Source: a virus
Virus record (IMG/VR): IMGVR_UViG_3300032431_000003
Span: 13,926 to 77,925 of that record
Reading direction: 5' to 3' (one strand)
DNA: 64,000 nt
The position numbers and the translations under genes are program-made. How positions within the stretch are numbered: the stretch's first letter is position 1; the number at the start of each line of letters is the position of its first letter. Under the pieces are notes generated by a model, which worked only from the letters and a program-made list of their open reading frames with translations, was not told the origin of the DNA and did no database searches. Shown here piece after piece: positions 27,601 to 36,030 of this stretch.

Positions 27601-29475
27601 TTTAATTGTATTTGTGTCAAATTTAATTCCCAATTCTTCAATCGCCTTGGCTGACTGGGCTCCCTGTCCGGCGATGCTACTCAATAGAGATGCGTAACCT
27701 GTCATGGCATCGTCGGCACTCAAGGTCTGGGTTAGGGCTGAGATAGAACCATAGAGTTCGTCGATACCCACGCCGGAAGCCTTGGCAGACTCAGAAACCC
27801 TAGCAATACCTCCTGCTAACTGAGGAAAGGTGACAATACCTCTTTCAACCACTTGGTTCATCTTGGCAGCAACCAAAGCTGAATCCCGATTCTCAATCTT
27901 GTAAACCTTCATTGATTTGGCGAGGGCTTCAATGGTCGTCCCGGCATCGGTTCCCGTAGCTGAACTGAGCTTCGTGGCTGCTTCCATGAAATTCGTTGTT
28001 TCGGCGATGGAACCTACGCCAGCCGAGAGAGCATTGTACATGCCCTTTGCTGCTTCAACAGAGCTAATAGCATTTTGAAGTGGACCATTAACTAAGTTAG
28101 TCAGAGCGTCTCCTAACTTGTCTTGCCCAGCGGCTGCCCCGACACTCAAGGTAGCCAAGTTAGCTAACTGATCTTGGAATCCTGCAAACCTCTGAAAAGA
28201 TACGTTGACAAACTTCTCTGCTGCTTGAGAACTGAGCAAGAGTCCTTCCCCCATCATGCCAAGAGAGACCGCCATCTCCGAAGTGGTGGAGTCAATCCCT
28301 ATCGACTGCATTGCTTGAAAAGCTGTATTCAATCCCTGCATCTTCATGTAGGCATCCATAGCAGCCACACCAAGAGCATTTAGCATATCTAGAGATTGCT
28401 TTAGCGCAAGAATTCCCAGGAATTTTCCTGCGACATCGTTCAGTCCAGCCTTTTTGAAATTCTCTCCAACTCCCTCAAGAGAGCGACCCGCTTTAGAGGA
28501 CTTGTCCGTCAAGTTCTCTAATCCGTCCGCAAGTTTCTCGGTCTGCTTAGTTAATCCTTCAGGTAGGTTGACCTTTGACATTCCTTGACCGAGAAGCCTT
28601 ATAGCCGAAGCACCCTTTGAGCCAAGGGCATCAAGGGTCTCCTTAAGTAGGTTGGCATTCTTGGTTAAAGCTCCGTAAGAGATCGTAATTGCTCTGGCAG
28701 AGGTCGTAGCAAGAGCCATAGGCGTACTGATCATTGGTATGACTTTTTGAGATACCGTAGTCAAGGCAGTCCCCGTTGATTCCAAGACTCCTGACAAGTC
28801 TTCTTCGGCAAACCTTTGAATTCCTTCACTAAGCCGATGGATATCTCCTACTTGATCGGCAAGATTTACTGCATTCGAGAATTTAATCAGTCCACCAGAT
28901 AGTTGGTTGACTACCTTTGCTGCTCCTTCGCCGACAATTCCCATCTGCTCTAGTCGTTCCGCAAAATCAGAGGTTGCCTTTGCGGCAGTCCTCAAGCCCG
29001 AAGACAGCGGCTTCTGTGCTATATCGAGAGTTTTGAATATTTTCCCTGCAACAGTACCTTGTTCCATTACTGAAGAGAAGGAATCAGCGACTGGTCCCAA
29101 TGTTGAGTTTAGAAAATCAACTTGCTTTCCCATTCCCAAGAATTTAGAACCAAGTTGGACAGCCCAGTTCCCTGTAACATCCGTAACTTTCACTGTTGTT
29201 TTCAGTGCAGAGTTTGTTCCTTCGATGGTATCGGAAACATCACCAAAAGCTCCACTAAGCCCACTGACAGCCTTTCGTGAATTACTAGCAGTTCCGCTAA
29301 GTTTCCCTAGTAGCTTCTCAGCGATGCCCGACTGCTTACCCATCTCGGTGATGTGTTCAGAGCCATCGGAGACCCCTTCGTTAAGCTTTGAGAAACCTAC
29401 GCCCAGTTTCTTGAGAGTGGACTCTAGCTCACTCCCGTCTCCTCTAAAATTAATAACTGCATCAGTATTTAGCAT
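21661..29475 (-). CDS. tail tape measure protein
   Basis: ~2600 aa, helical and Ala-rich; TP901-type core (EAAKGMYNALSAG, TFPQLAGGI, GIDELYGSISALT); hydrophobic TM region; long coiled coils. Confidence 0.92.
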   Translation of the reverse strand: MLNTDAVINFRGDGSELESTLKKLGVGFSKLNEGVSDGSEHITEMGKQSGIAEKLLGKLSGTASNSRKAVSGLSGAFGDVSDTIEGTNSALKTTVKVTDVTGNWAVQLGSKFLGMGKQVDFLNSTLGPVADSFSSVMEQGTVAGKIFKTLDIAQKPLSSGLRTAAKATSDFAERLEQMGIVGEGAAKVVNQLSGGLIKFSNAVNLADQVGDIHRLSEGIQRFAEEDLSGVLESTGTALTTVSQKVIPMISTPMALATTSARAITISYGALTKNANLLKETLDALGSKGASAIRLLGQGMSKVNLPEGLTKQTEKLADGLENLTDKSSKAGRSLEGVGENFKKAGLNDVAGKFLGILALKQSLDMLNALGVAAMDAYMKMQGLNTAFQAMQSIGIDSTTSEMAVSLGMMGEGLLLSSQAAEKFVNVSFQRFAGFQDQLANLATLSVGAAAGQDKLGDALTNLVNGPLQNAISSVEAAKGMYNALSAGVGSIAETTNFMEAATKLSSATGTDAGTTIEALAKSMKVYKIENRDSALVAAKMNQVVERGIVTFPQLAGGIARVSESAKASGVGIDELYGSISALTQTLSADDAMTGYASLLSSIAGQGAQSAKAIEELGIKFDTNTIKTKGLLASLQDLWKATGGSTNKLKEIIPDSLAFSTALSLMTTASKDAKQNMEDMGTVGSESLDTLFDNRRQSATQRMTAVTNGFNEVMTDLGKRTLPAIEPGLKSLEGLLKYFQNLPEPLKDVIAGTAMLSMQFGRVTEAGQSLTNIVLGLGKAYLITRGSQLIMTGEIRTHVEAIRQAIMAKQGYQKALMGVLGVEQVVQKARAGQIMGLEGLKNINDGLMNSFANSRKALNGWAEDFAPMLLSAQQKTLLPAKAFDRMIGSYETLGAAIRKVDQLDLSKFTLQSENLFKSIYSITSPEVQDRISRITTNLRGLDPAIAKGNVAKAMGLDQAGSSLESIGKAEDRLKNFKDTVLAKYPDDTPLKIAMESEVKAIKSNLTSRKALAVMNAEMLVDLDKQSAIASKKKRVQNFQGIEEIFLGGNQDEIRSKIKEGFANATPSVKAEAEKLTKQIAIGNKSEKTKGLMAELLGLGDVKGTLSSVQEAQTKLANIDLPRPMTKQMAAETAAIEFNLAARAKLLALKEAEGKRAIGEIAEIGASTAAKNADTAALATNAVLTEFHLVATGRTTFATKLGALANAVYTLSINGITAALTWATSAAALFWVVLIGSVIGVVAVLGSVLLVLQDFIPALGGAAAESEKMEKALLKAAGATSELTEKQKEGTKEGKAYKGNMQGLIWLLAGTISNIWDLGKGVLWVMGGITSFIPWLLSNVPVLGPMFKAIFGSIGDLMNSVGNAFNWVKDRAGQSVEIIQELTEAATTSEGLISARNAAEAETQRLYEKTLQYRQKLKNHDYITDEAKAIVKANQGKALSSEDLAKVLAAEKKAIDALKATNDQTIADLTEANKNENDPGRKKARQSQIDDLTKQTSLLAEVAKAETLYQTNIAAIANAQASNQAAKSTEKFLDSLNQKTEEGLKKIQELDAERIAKMGRDGQSQEIIAQAQVDSETAQKVYEESMTKFGVFSSTMANAASGSQRRQLLALSSTYDKLSQDMANVGTVDLSILRSNADSAMDQIKKSFDGGAIGVEFATELLEGLQSQKGPIGQNGIAESILSASQIQENVAMIIEMKKTALERSFAMDEKAIGEVRLREKQTVISAEASALQITQIQFEQNKKRLANAKETLALIEEVGKGKDSQEYRDKQAEIVKMEQDLKGQQIEMGNQEIAVRKNVLDQKLRLDEQSNRQVQLLQTKGLITAQEAADQMAGIDIEMNNKRLKDAKETLEKIAKLQGKSSRAYMDAQLEVNKLEMELESQKENREIKRKVIAIEKSQKIFSNQIEAENQGLRIQINALTKIGDELGRQQKVLEARNSLLSLVETQSQASLTNLSRQIKDETIKAEIQTRSASQQLSILERTQEAEVESLNMSQAQQRIANEKQQTESDIALKENQRAIADAEADIAKQQVNAKLTEEDVRSGELRVDALKIQQEQLQNQRLQLRGQEMIMQSAIEELKIKQSMALVESRINLLLAEQAESEAKRNQEIKLGQQMLGYYQQQINMVTKLTNSELVKATVESKSQQASLRFLERKQELEKESAKDQERINALALEGQEYANVLQLKENERLINQANLDLTRASSKEEQGMAQSRITSLQKQREFLAGQTSMIGKQQEMNVRAAVELEIRQDQEKSEARLNVLLAKQAEQTALITEKMNFQKDILEKQKRLMESRSSQVAGQLDLLSKTLHGEAEKHAIAKATARIKYQSLLSQQEMELKLLDLNQAQQKATMEQERIRLRMQQAQNKADIADAKAKVSESIAKGDSPEMVQARLDALSAKVEQGTYLQYATEIQSNQAKLTEMLNVQERQAIVASQSTARGHALLEVAETLPEGQEQARLVASVRNQVLADLGLSSGGALDYGLTRNNFRELQGLNLNTNTQGVMPQITPPDLDYIRRNFQAQMQEFGVPQAPGGVAGQRQANDPAMAEIRDGLQAQANRPTNDVSMQNTINITLQADQNGEIGQNVEQQVLQSLDGVLTTLNQRR

Positions 29476-29520
29476 GGTCAATTAGGGGGTGTTGAATGTG
29501 CAAGCCATTTCCGTTCTCCA

Positions 29521-29973
29521 TTATTCAGGCATTTGTTTTAAGATGAAACTAACCAATTGAACAAAGGCATCGTCGTTCAACGCTTCGGGCTCAGTGAGAT
29601 CAGGGAAGCTAAGTCGAATAGCTTCCAGCAATAGTTTGTTTGCGCTAGGGTTGAGAAACATTTTACCCATAGCTGTATTGCGTTCCTGAGTCAACTCGTC
29701 GTCTTCGCTGAGTTCCCCCATCGCCTTCAGGTGGGCAAAGACTTTCTCGTAAAGTTGATCCGCAGTGAGCTTCTGCTGCTCTTCAGGGGTGACAATTAAG
29801 TCTTTCACCACTGCGACCAAGAAGGTGTAAACAAGTCCATTAACAGGAATGTTAGGTGGACGATAGCGAAGATTTTTTCCCAGGATAGTAACGCCTTGCT
29901 CGATTTGGTACAAACCAGTCAAGTCAGTGTCGAAGATCGTTCCAGGGATTACGTTTCTTTTCGTTGTTGCCAT
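29521..29973 (-). CDS. putative tail assembly chaperone-like protein
   Basis: helical acidic 150-aa ORF directly upstream of the tape measure gene. Confidence 0.5.
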   Translation of the reverse strand: MATTKRNVIPGTIFDTDLTGLYQIEQGVTILGKNLRYRPPNIPVNGLVYTFLVAVVKDLIVTPEEQQKLTADQLYEKVFAHLKAMGELSEDDELTQERNTAMGKMFLNPSANKLLLEAIRLSFPDLTEPEALNDDAFVQLVSFILKQMPE

Positions 29974-29979
29974 AGTTAA

Positions 29980-30315
29980 TTAAAAGTCATTAAGGAAGTT
30001 CTCTAGTTCAGGGTGGCTTGCCATGTGATCCTCTAAGCCCTTGCTTGCTACTTCAAGTCTCCTTTCTTCTGGGTCTCTTCTTATTTCGACCGTGGAATTA
30101 ATTAAGTCTTGAATAGCTTGCCCATCCCAGTTTTGCCAAATAATCCAAGGCATTTGGGACTTGGGATAGAGTTCCATCAGTAAAGCTAAGGTGTCGGCAT
30201 CGGGGTTTGTTTCTTTTCGATCTCTTTCTTGAGAACTTTCTGCTTGCCCTTGATCTCCTGGATGAAGCTCTCCCTGGCTTTGTCCATCAACCCCTGACCG
30301 TCGTAAAGAAAAAAA
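29980..30315 (-). CDS. tail assembly chaperone -1 frameshift extension (gpT-like)
   Basis: the -1 frame is open from the T-TTT-TTT site (30315-30309) to the stop at 29980 and includes the 65-aa ORF. Confidence 0.7.
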   Translation of the reverse strand, partial: FFSLRRSGVDGQSQGELHPGDQGQAESSQERDRKETNPDADTLALLMELYPKSQMPWIIWQNWDGQAIQDLINSTVEIRRDPEERRLEVASKGLEDHMASHPELENFLNDF

Positions 30316-30689
30316 GCGAAACCATGCAACTTAGCTATTCGAGAGGGTAGATGACTCTCTTCCTTGCTCTCAGGGACAATGGCTCCATCCTCGTCTTGGT
30401 GAGTCGTTCCAGTAAAGAAGACCTGCATAATCTCATCGCTGTCCATTTCATCAAGTTCAAGGGGTTCCCCTGAGATCGTGGGCAAGAGAGTCACCGCTTG
30501 CTGAAGCAAACTCCAAGCTTTCTTGTTAGAAGGAACAAGTAGAGTTCCCGCCATTAACCCAGAAAGGAAGAATTGCTCCAGCAAGGATTGTTGTAATTCC
30601 ATCATATCAGCCCACTTAGCGCGGGGTAATGGCTTAACCTTAACCACTGCCCCGTCTAAGTAAGTAACGTCAAAATAACGTTCAGCCAT
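30186..30689 (-). CDS. tail assembly chaperone (gpG-like)
   Basis: between major tail and tape measure genes; TAATG coupling; contains a slippery heptamer. Confidence 0.7.
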   Translation of the reverse strand: MAERYFDVTYLDGAVVKVKPLPRAKWADMMELQQSLLEQFFLSGLMAGTLLVPSNKKAWSLLQQAVTLLPTISGEPLELDEMDSDEIMQVFFTGTTHQDEDGAIVPESKEESHLPSRIAKLHGFAFFLYDGQGLMDKARESFIQEIKGKQKVLKKEIEKKQTPMPTP

Positions 30690-31486
30690 TAGCAAGCCAC
30701 CTTTCTTCCTGTGTATTTAATCTTGTAGGTAGAGCAACCGCCAAGGGACTGGTCTAGTCGGAACTTGATGGGTACATCGGCTGCGCTTGGATCAAAGGAG
30801 TTCCCGGAGATCGTTGGCGATACGTTGTCAGCTTCAAAGGTCACGATGGTATTATCCACTGAGTGAACAAGGATAGCTTTAAGCCTGTAAGCTCCGACGG
30901 GTAAGTCGCCTAGTTGCAGTCCTGCTACAATAGGCTCCTCAGTGATAACAGTAACAGTTTCGCCAGCCAAGGCAACAGGGAATCTAAGAGCCCCAGCCGC
31001 CCCTATCATCCAAGAATTTACGGCAACTGCCCCAGAAGCAGTCCAAGGAACTCGTATTAGCTGCTGGGAGACCCCAAAGGTTCCCTTGACAGCAGCCTTG
31101 GCATTGGGTTCATCGACAACAACACCGAAACCCTCAATGTCAATGAGTACGGGGGGAACTTCTCCGGTGGCGGGAATTGTCAACTCTCTAATGACCGGGG
31201 CAACCAAGCCCGTAGCTTGGAATTTGCGTCCAAAAAGTAGCTCCAAAGCCTCCGGTTGGCGATGCCCAAAGGAGATAGACAAGGTAGGCTTCTCTGAGGA
31301 CTGATAGGAACCCATTGTTACCATCTTAGCCAAGGGGTTCATCCCTTCTTGGATTACTTCTTCAACTCCTAGATCAAGCTGCATCGACTTTGGAGTGGGA
31401 ATGTGAAGAATGTTTCCGGTGGCTAATTCTTGGAGGCGAATTTTACCAGCCCCTTTGATAGTGTTCTGAAACTTAGCTAGAGTCAT
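30689..31486 (-). CDS. major tail (tube) protein
   Basis: 265 aa, beta-rich, N-terminal KGAGKIRL; canonical position before the chaperones. Confidence 0.7.
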   Translation of the reverse strand: MTLAKFQNTIKGAGKIRLQELATGNILHIPTPKSMQLDLGVEEVIQEGMNPLAKMVTMGSYQSSEKPTLSISFGHRQPEALELLFGRKFQATGLVAPVIRELTIPATGEVPPVLIDIEGFGVVVDEPNAKAAVKGTFGVSQQLIRVPWTASGAVAVNSWMIGAAGALRFPVALAGETVTVITEEPIVAGLQLGDLPVGAYRLKAILVHSVDNTIVTFEADNVSPTISGNSFDPSAADVPIKFRLDQSLGGCSTYKIKYTGRKVAC

Positions 31487-31689
31487 GGATTTTTACCTTT
31501 TGGTTTTGGTTGAATCGATTCACCCTCTGTCCCTTGGGGTGGCTCGGACTTGGGAGAGTCAGGGGGGACATATACAAACCCAAGAATGAAAGCTGCTGGA
31601 GGAATTTCCTCTCTGTCGTACCAGCCAGGGGGCAGGACAGACCCGTTGGCGTGTTCAGTTGGATATAGTAAGTTAACTTTTTTGCTCAT
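31483..31689 (-). CDS. small hypothetical protein
   Basis: 68 aa, coupled on both sides. Confidence 0.55.
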   Translation of the reverse strand: MSKKVNLLYPTEHANGSVLPPGWYDREEIPPAAFILGFVYVPPDSPKSEPPQGTEGESIQPKPKGKNP

Positions 31690-32121
31690 TTAACCGCTTT
31701 GTTTTATGTTGAAACTAAAATCTGCTTGGTATATTAATTCGCCCAACTGAAACATCGGACGATACCGACTACTGACTCTCCCCGTAAACTCGACACATCC
31801 TGCTTTCGCAATAGCCATCTCTCTCAAAGCGTTTGCTATATTCAGCGCAAGGAAATTATTTATCCCCGGTAGCTCATCCATCGACACATTGGCTAAGGCA
31901 TGGGTGAGCTTGATGTCTGACTGCCGAGCAGCCGTCTGAAGATCAAGGTAGTCAGACTCACGAAAACCTTTAAGTAATGGGTAGTCGGAAATAGGGATAT
32001 TGAAAGCGTCATAGTAAGCCACTCGCCGAACAACCGTGACCCCATCGCCAGCCTTGTTTAAGAAAGTAGCCACCGTGTCTGTAATTTCCTTAATTAATGG
32101 GTCGTGGAATAAGCTGGTCAT
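31690..32121 (-). CDS. putative tail terminator/completion protein
   Basis: 143 aa, DYPLL motif, position before the tail tube gene. Confidence 0.55.
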   Translation of the reverse strand: MTSLFHDPLIKEITDTVATFLNKAGDGVTVVRRVAYYDAFNIPISDYPLLKGFRESDYLDLQTAARQSDIKLTHALANVSMDELPGINNFLALNIANALREMAIAKAGCVEFTGRVSSRYRPMFQLGELIYQADFSFNIKQSG

Positions 32122-32534
32122 TTGTTGAGTGATCCCAATGTTCGTTTGGTAGTGTTGATTAGTGGTGGTGCTGATACCTTGGGTTGAGCCATCTTTGCAG
32201 CCATTTTAGGGTTCCACTCAACAATCTTTACCTTGCGCCCTATAGTTCGTGCTGGCGGAGGACTCCTGACTCCCTTGAGGGAAGACAAGACTTGTTTCTT
32301 ACCCTGTGTCAGTGCAGGAAGTACTTTTGTTTTGGCCTTTCTGTACGCTCCAACTATCTCTGACTTATTTTTGGTATTCATCCAGCCAACCTCACGGGTA
32401 TTCACAGCTTTCCCGGAGGTCGAAGGCACTCCCATCGCTTTGTTATATTTGGCTCTAGCCTTATTTGCCTTGGCTACCTTCTTTTTGAGTCGATAGTTTT
32501 TGGCTACTTTTGTTAATTTTGCTGTGATCGCCAT
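32118..32534 (-). CDS. highly basic (Lys-rich) hypothetical protein
   Basis: 138 aa with almost no acidic residues. Confidence 0.65.
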   Translation of the reverse strand: MAITAKLTKVAKNYRLKKKVAKANKARAKYNKAMGVPSTSGKAVNTREVGWMNTKNKSEIVGAYRKAKTKVLPALTQGKKQVLSSLKGVRSPPPARTIGRKVKIVEWNPKMAAKMAQPKVSAPPLINTTKRTLGSLNK

Positions 32535-32538
32535 GTGC

Positions 32539-33021
32539 CTACCTAGCTGGTCGTGGAATAGGATTCCGATTATCTTGCAGTAAGGATTCTTGAATTAGTT
32601 TTGCTATCTTTTCAAGAAGTTCATTGTGCCAAAATACGATAGGTCGTAGCTTCTGAAGTTCGTCAACGTTTTTGGCGGTCAGTTCAAAGAAGAAGGTATC
32701 GCCGTCAACGTGGTAAACATTCTGAGCTCCTGGGGTAATAGCTCCTCTCCAGAGAGTTCCAGAGTCTATATGTATCTGCCCAGAGAGTCGGCGAGGATTT
32801 TGGCGAAAAGCCATGTTGGATAGCTTGCGATATTCAATCCCTCCGTGAGCCATGCCACCCGTAGTTGTCACTGGAGATAACAAGAAACGAGTGTTGATGT
32901 CATCTCGAATCAATTGAGCCACTTGATCGGAGATCGGGGTTAAATCACCGATCCTGTCCTGAGCCGTCTCGATCCGATCCGTCATCTGACTCAAGCCAGT
33001 AGTCGTAATCTTTATTTCCAT
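32539..33021 (-). CDS. virion morphogenesis/tail completion protein (Mu gpG / P2 gpS-like)
   Basis: MEIKI...DLTPISDQVAQLIRDDINTRF...DSGTL...RP pattern. Confidence 0.65.
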   Translation of the reverse strand: MEIKITTTGLSQMTDRIETAQDRIGDLTPISDQVAQLIRDDINTRFLLSPVTTTGGMAHGGIEYRKLSNMAFRQNPRRLSGQIHIDSGTLWRGAITPGAQNVYHVDGDTFFFELTAKNVDELQKLRPIVFWHNELLEKIAKLIQESLLQDNRNPIPRPAR

Positions 33022-33088
33022 AACGAATCTCGTACCAGATGGTATAGCGGTTAATAGCCTTTCTCAGTAATTCCTTAGTTAGAACCAT
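32945..33088 (-). CDS. small ORF (47 aa) with strong RBS overlapping the next gene
   Basis: AAGGAGACAC-ATG; MVLTKELLRKAINRYTIWYEIRYG...; below ORF-track cutoff. Confidence 0.4.
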   Translation of the reverse strand: MVLTKELLRKAINRYTIWYEIRYGNKDYDYWLESDDGSDRDGSGQDR

Positions 33089-33102
33089 GTGTCTCCTTGT
33101 AT

Positions 33103-33615
33103 TTATCTAGGTCGTCTAGGTGGTCTTCGAGGAGTCGTGCTGCCTCTACGAACTCGTTGACCTCTGGGTTTTGCCTTGGGTAGAGACTGAAGCCTCTTCT
33201 CGGCTGCATTCCGCTTGAGTCGGTTTGCCTCAAGCTGGGTTCTGTACTTGGGAACCTCTACTGCATCTTTTGCACTTCTGATCTTCTTGCCTGCTCTAGC
33301 GGCTAAACCCCAACGACCAGAATCTTCCTTGTTAATATGATGGATGACTGCTTTATTCAAAGGTTTAGCAAGTCGCTTATTAGTAGCCTGAACCCTTTGG
33401 TAGTAGGATTTTGGCTTTCTAGCAGGAGTGCTCTTTGCCGAAGAAAGTAACTCTGGTGCAGAAACCTGAGAGTCAAAAGTGCTACTTCCAGGAGTCCTTC
33501 TTCGGGAAGCCAAGTATCCTCCCCCTCCAAGGACTCCCGCCAAAGCTGCGGCTCTAACAATTCGCCCCTTCCTTGTTTTTCCTAGCAACTTTCGCCGCAA
33601 GTTACCCTTTGCCAT
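33103..33615 (-). CDS. Arg/Lys-rich basic protein (cargo-like, no leader)
   Basis: LLGKTRKG..RAAALAG..GGYL resembles the N-terminal core of 42846..43904. Confidence 0.65.
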   Translation of the reverse strand: MAKGNLRRKLLGKTRKGRIVRAAALAGVLGGGGYLASRRRTPGSSTFDSQVSAPELLSSAKSTPARKPKSYYQRVQATNKRLAKPLNKAVIHHINKEDSGRWGLAARAGKKIRSAKDAVEVPKYRTQLEANRLKRNAAEKRLQSLPKAKPRGQRVRRGSTTPRRPPRRPR

Positions 33616-34533
33616 TTAAGACCCCCTAACTCCGCCCATTAATGTGAAACTTCCCGGCTCAAAGGTAAACCGTTCGCTGAGTGGATCAATCAGTTCTAGC
33701 TCGTAGTAAACAGAGCCTCCGGCAACATCACGAGTATCGCTAGGATAGATGCGTATTTGTGCCTTCAACTCTTGGAGAATCCCATGAGTAGTTGTTGTAA
33801 TATCCGTAGTAGAAATCACCCCGATACCCGAATAGGGCTGAATGGTTGATTTCTTAAACAGAGTTGATACATCGGAATCACTGGGATTCTTCTTGACCGT
33901 GAATAGCAAGGATGGACCAACGCCTTCAGTGAGAGCATCAAGGCGATAGCCCCTCACCGTTAGATTGATTCGGAAACTGTCTCCCGCATAAATCTTGGCT
34001 CCATGAAGAGGTATCTCTTCGTAGGAAGTGACCAAAAACAGGGAAGCCATTGGGGGCGGGGGCAAGAACTCTCGGTGTACCGTAGTAACCACGAGCTTGG
34101 AGACATCGAGTTGCCCAGCAGTTTTCACTGCCAAAGCAATCCGGGGAGCCGCTTTAGACTTTGGGCTAGGGAATAACCCACTGGTGTCAATCGCCTTGAC
34201 TGCTCCCGGTCTTCCTACGGCAGGTACATGGGAGACAAAAGCATTGACGGACAGGCTGGTATGTTGCCTTGGGGAGGCTGTAACTCTCGACCTGTCTAGG
34301 GTTCCGCTAGCAACTAGTCCCCTGGCAATGATTACCTCCGCAGTCGGAGGAGTCGAGGGGAGGTCGGGGCTAGCAACTAAAGCTCTGACAAAAGAAGGGG
34401 CTAGACCCACCGCCATTGATTGATCTAGCTTGCTACTAACGTCAAGGCTCCGAGAGTAGCGAAACTCAACGATCTTCATTGCTGAAGCGTCAAGGTGTCC
34501 ATTGGTTTCAATTGAGATCGAAGGATTAGCCAT
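33616..34533 (-). CDS. structural protein with C-terminal BppU-like domain
   Basis: IYAGDSFRINLTV...LFTVKK...IYPSDT...YYELEL...GSFTL; N-terminal repeat TxGxLDxS. Confidence 0.55.
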   Translation of the reverse strand: MANPSISIETNGHLDASAMKIVEFRYSRSLDVSSKLDQSMAVGLAPSFVRALVASPDLPSTPPTAEVIIARGLVASGTLDRSRVTASPRQHTSLSVNAFVSHVPAVGRPGAVKAIDTSGLFPSPKSKAAPRIALAVKTAGQLDVSKLVVTTVHREFLPPPPMASLFLVTSYEEIPLHGAKIYAGDSFRINLTVRGYRLDALTEGVGPSLLFTVKKNPSDSDVSTLFKKSTIQPYSGIGVISTTDITTTTHGILQELKAQIRIYPSDTRDVAGGSVYYELELIDPLSERFTFEPGSFTLMGGVRGS

Positions 34534-34540
34534 TTATCTC

Positions 34541-35389
34541 CTACTCGTAAACTTCTAAGCCAGCAATGGGGATGATGATGTTATCATCTCGACGAATCAA
34601 GATGTTGCGCTCAGGAGGGAATCCACCAAAGTACCAAGGAGTCCCACCACTCGCCGTAGTGTAAATCCCAAATGACTTAGCCAACTCCCAGTTAGCTGTA
34701 GCATCTGCAAATTTAATCTCAACCAAGTTAGAGATTTTGCGATTTACACCGGGAGGCGTAAAGGTTCCTGCGGCTGCGGGAAGTTGAACCCGTGCATAGC
34801 CAGGGGCGTTAGCACTAGTTAGTTCTCCAATGTCTCCAACCCCTAGCTGAGAAGTAGGCTTTGTACCCAATCCAATGTAGATACTGTTTCCGGGGAGGCT
34901 ATAGGATTGCCCAAGAAGTAGCGACAGTTGTTTTCCTGCCAACTCATCGGACTTCCCTGTATTCCCAGAATCCAAAGTAAGCATCAGGCGGTTAGGCGGG
35001 AACTTAACATAGTTACCTTGAGGGCAATTCTGTCCAGTCACCAAGTGCATGAAGAACCAAGGAATCGTGCCAGCCAGAGTAGGAAAGATGCCAGCAGACT
35101 TAACTTCTTCATCCCAGTTGACCGTTGCGGGACCAAAAAGTTGAGTCTGAGTGTTGAAAGCACTCCGACCGCTGACTACCCATGCAGATGCGGCGGAAGC
35201 ACTGTTGATATTGAAACGAGCATAGCCGTCTCCGACAAACTCAATGCCAGCGAAGTCTCCAGTGTTAGGCGGTAAGTTTTTACCTAGCCCAATATGGAAG
35301 CTGCCAGTCCCGTAAGGAGAGTCACAGGCTTGTCCACGGAGGACATTCAAGAAATTAGCTGCAAGTGGTTGAGAGATACCTTCTGCCAT
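34541..35389 (-). CDS. structural protein with two tandem domains (fibre/whisker-like)
   Basis: IGLG...GYAR...N...F..AT.NW...KS.GI...G..PW(F/Y) occurs twice. Confidence 0.7.
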   Translation of the reverse strand: MAEGISQPLAANFLNVLRGQACDSPYGTGSFHIGLGKNLPPNTGDFAGIEFVGDGYARFNINSASAASAWVVSGRSAFNTQTQLFGPATVNWDEEVKSAGIFPTLAGTIPWFFMHLVTGQNCPQGNYVKFPPNRLMLTLDSGNTGKSDELAGKQLSLLLGQSYSLPGNSIYIGLGTKPTSQLGVGDIGELTSANAPGYARVQLPAAAGTFTPPGVNRKISNLVEIKFADATANWELAKSFGIYTTASGGTPWYFGGFPPERNILIRRDDNIIIPIAGLEVYE

Positions 35390-35406
35390 AAAAGCTCCTT
35401 ATATTT

Positions 35407-36015
35407 TTAGTAATCTATGGACTCTCTTTGATCAGAAAGTCTTCGTCTTTCTCGAATAGTGCCAATACCAAAATCGATATCGGCAAGCTCTCCTGAAACT
35501 CTTCGCCGCCCAATGATTGCCTGGTTTCGACTCAGGGTATCTGGCGGTCGTAATTGAAGTTGCTCCCCCGGAAGGACAACTGCTTCCATCCCCGGCTGTT
35601 GAGCATTAACTCCTGGAATAGCAAGATTGTGTCCGGCACAGTACATACCAAGCAATTGGCTAGCTCTACTGGCGGAATTCGTTCCCATCCCTGAGACATC
35701 ATTGCCTAGTTGAGGGGAAGGACTTGACTGGTAATAAACGCCCATGAGATCAGCGACAATCAAGTTTTCAATGATCTCAGAGAGGATAGCCCTAGTGTCT
35801 TGCTCAACGAGAGCAAGGGGAAACACGTAGATTCTTCGGAGAATCGAGTTGACATAGGCTTCTTTCTGTTCGCCAATCTGTCCAATCAACTCTTCATTGG
35901 CAACCATCTCCCCTAAGTTCTTAGCCCAAGGTTCACTGAAACCATTGGTAGGCACATTGAGCCGACCTTGGAGTCTTCGAGCTATTGCGTGGGTGGTTGT
36001 GTAAATCAGGGGCAT
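35407..36015 (-). CDS. head-tail adaptor (Mu gp36/SPP1 gp15-like)
   Basis: YTT..., EAYVNSILRRIYVFPL, LSEIIENL pattern; follows the capsid genes. Confidence 0.65.
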   Translation of the reverse strand: MPLIYTTTHAIARRLQGRLNVPTNGFSEPWAKNLGEMVANEELIGQIGEQKEAYVNSILRRIYVFPLALVEQDTRAILSEIIENLIVADLMGVYYQSSPSPQLGNDVSGMGTNSASRASQLLGMYCAGHNLAIPGVNAQQPGMEAVVLPGEQLQLRPPDTLSRNQAIIGRRRVSGELADIDFGIGTIRERRRLSDQRESIDY

Positions 36016-36030
36016 TGATTATCCTCTTGG

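Noticed and set aside
25388-29485. Long plus-strand ORFs (25388..26149, 28907..29485 and others)
   Set aside because: Antisense shadows of the tape measure gene with no recognisable motifs
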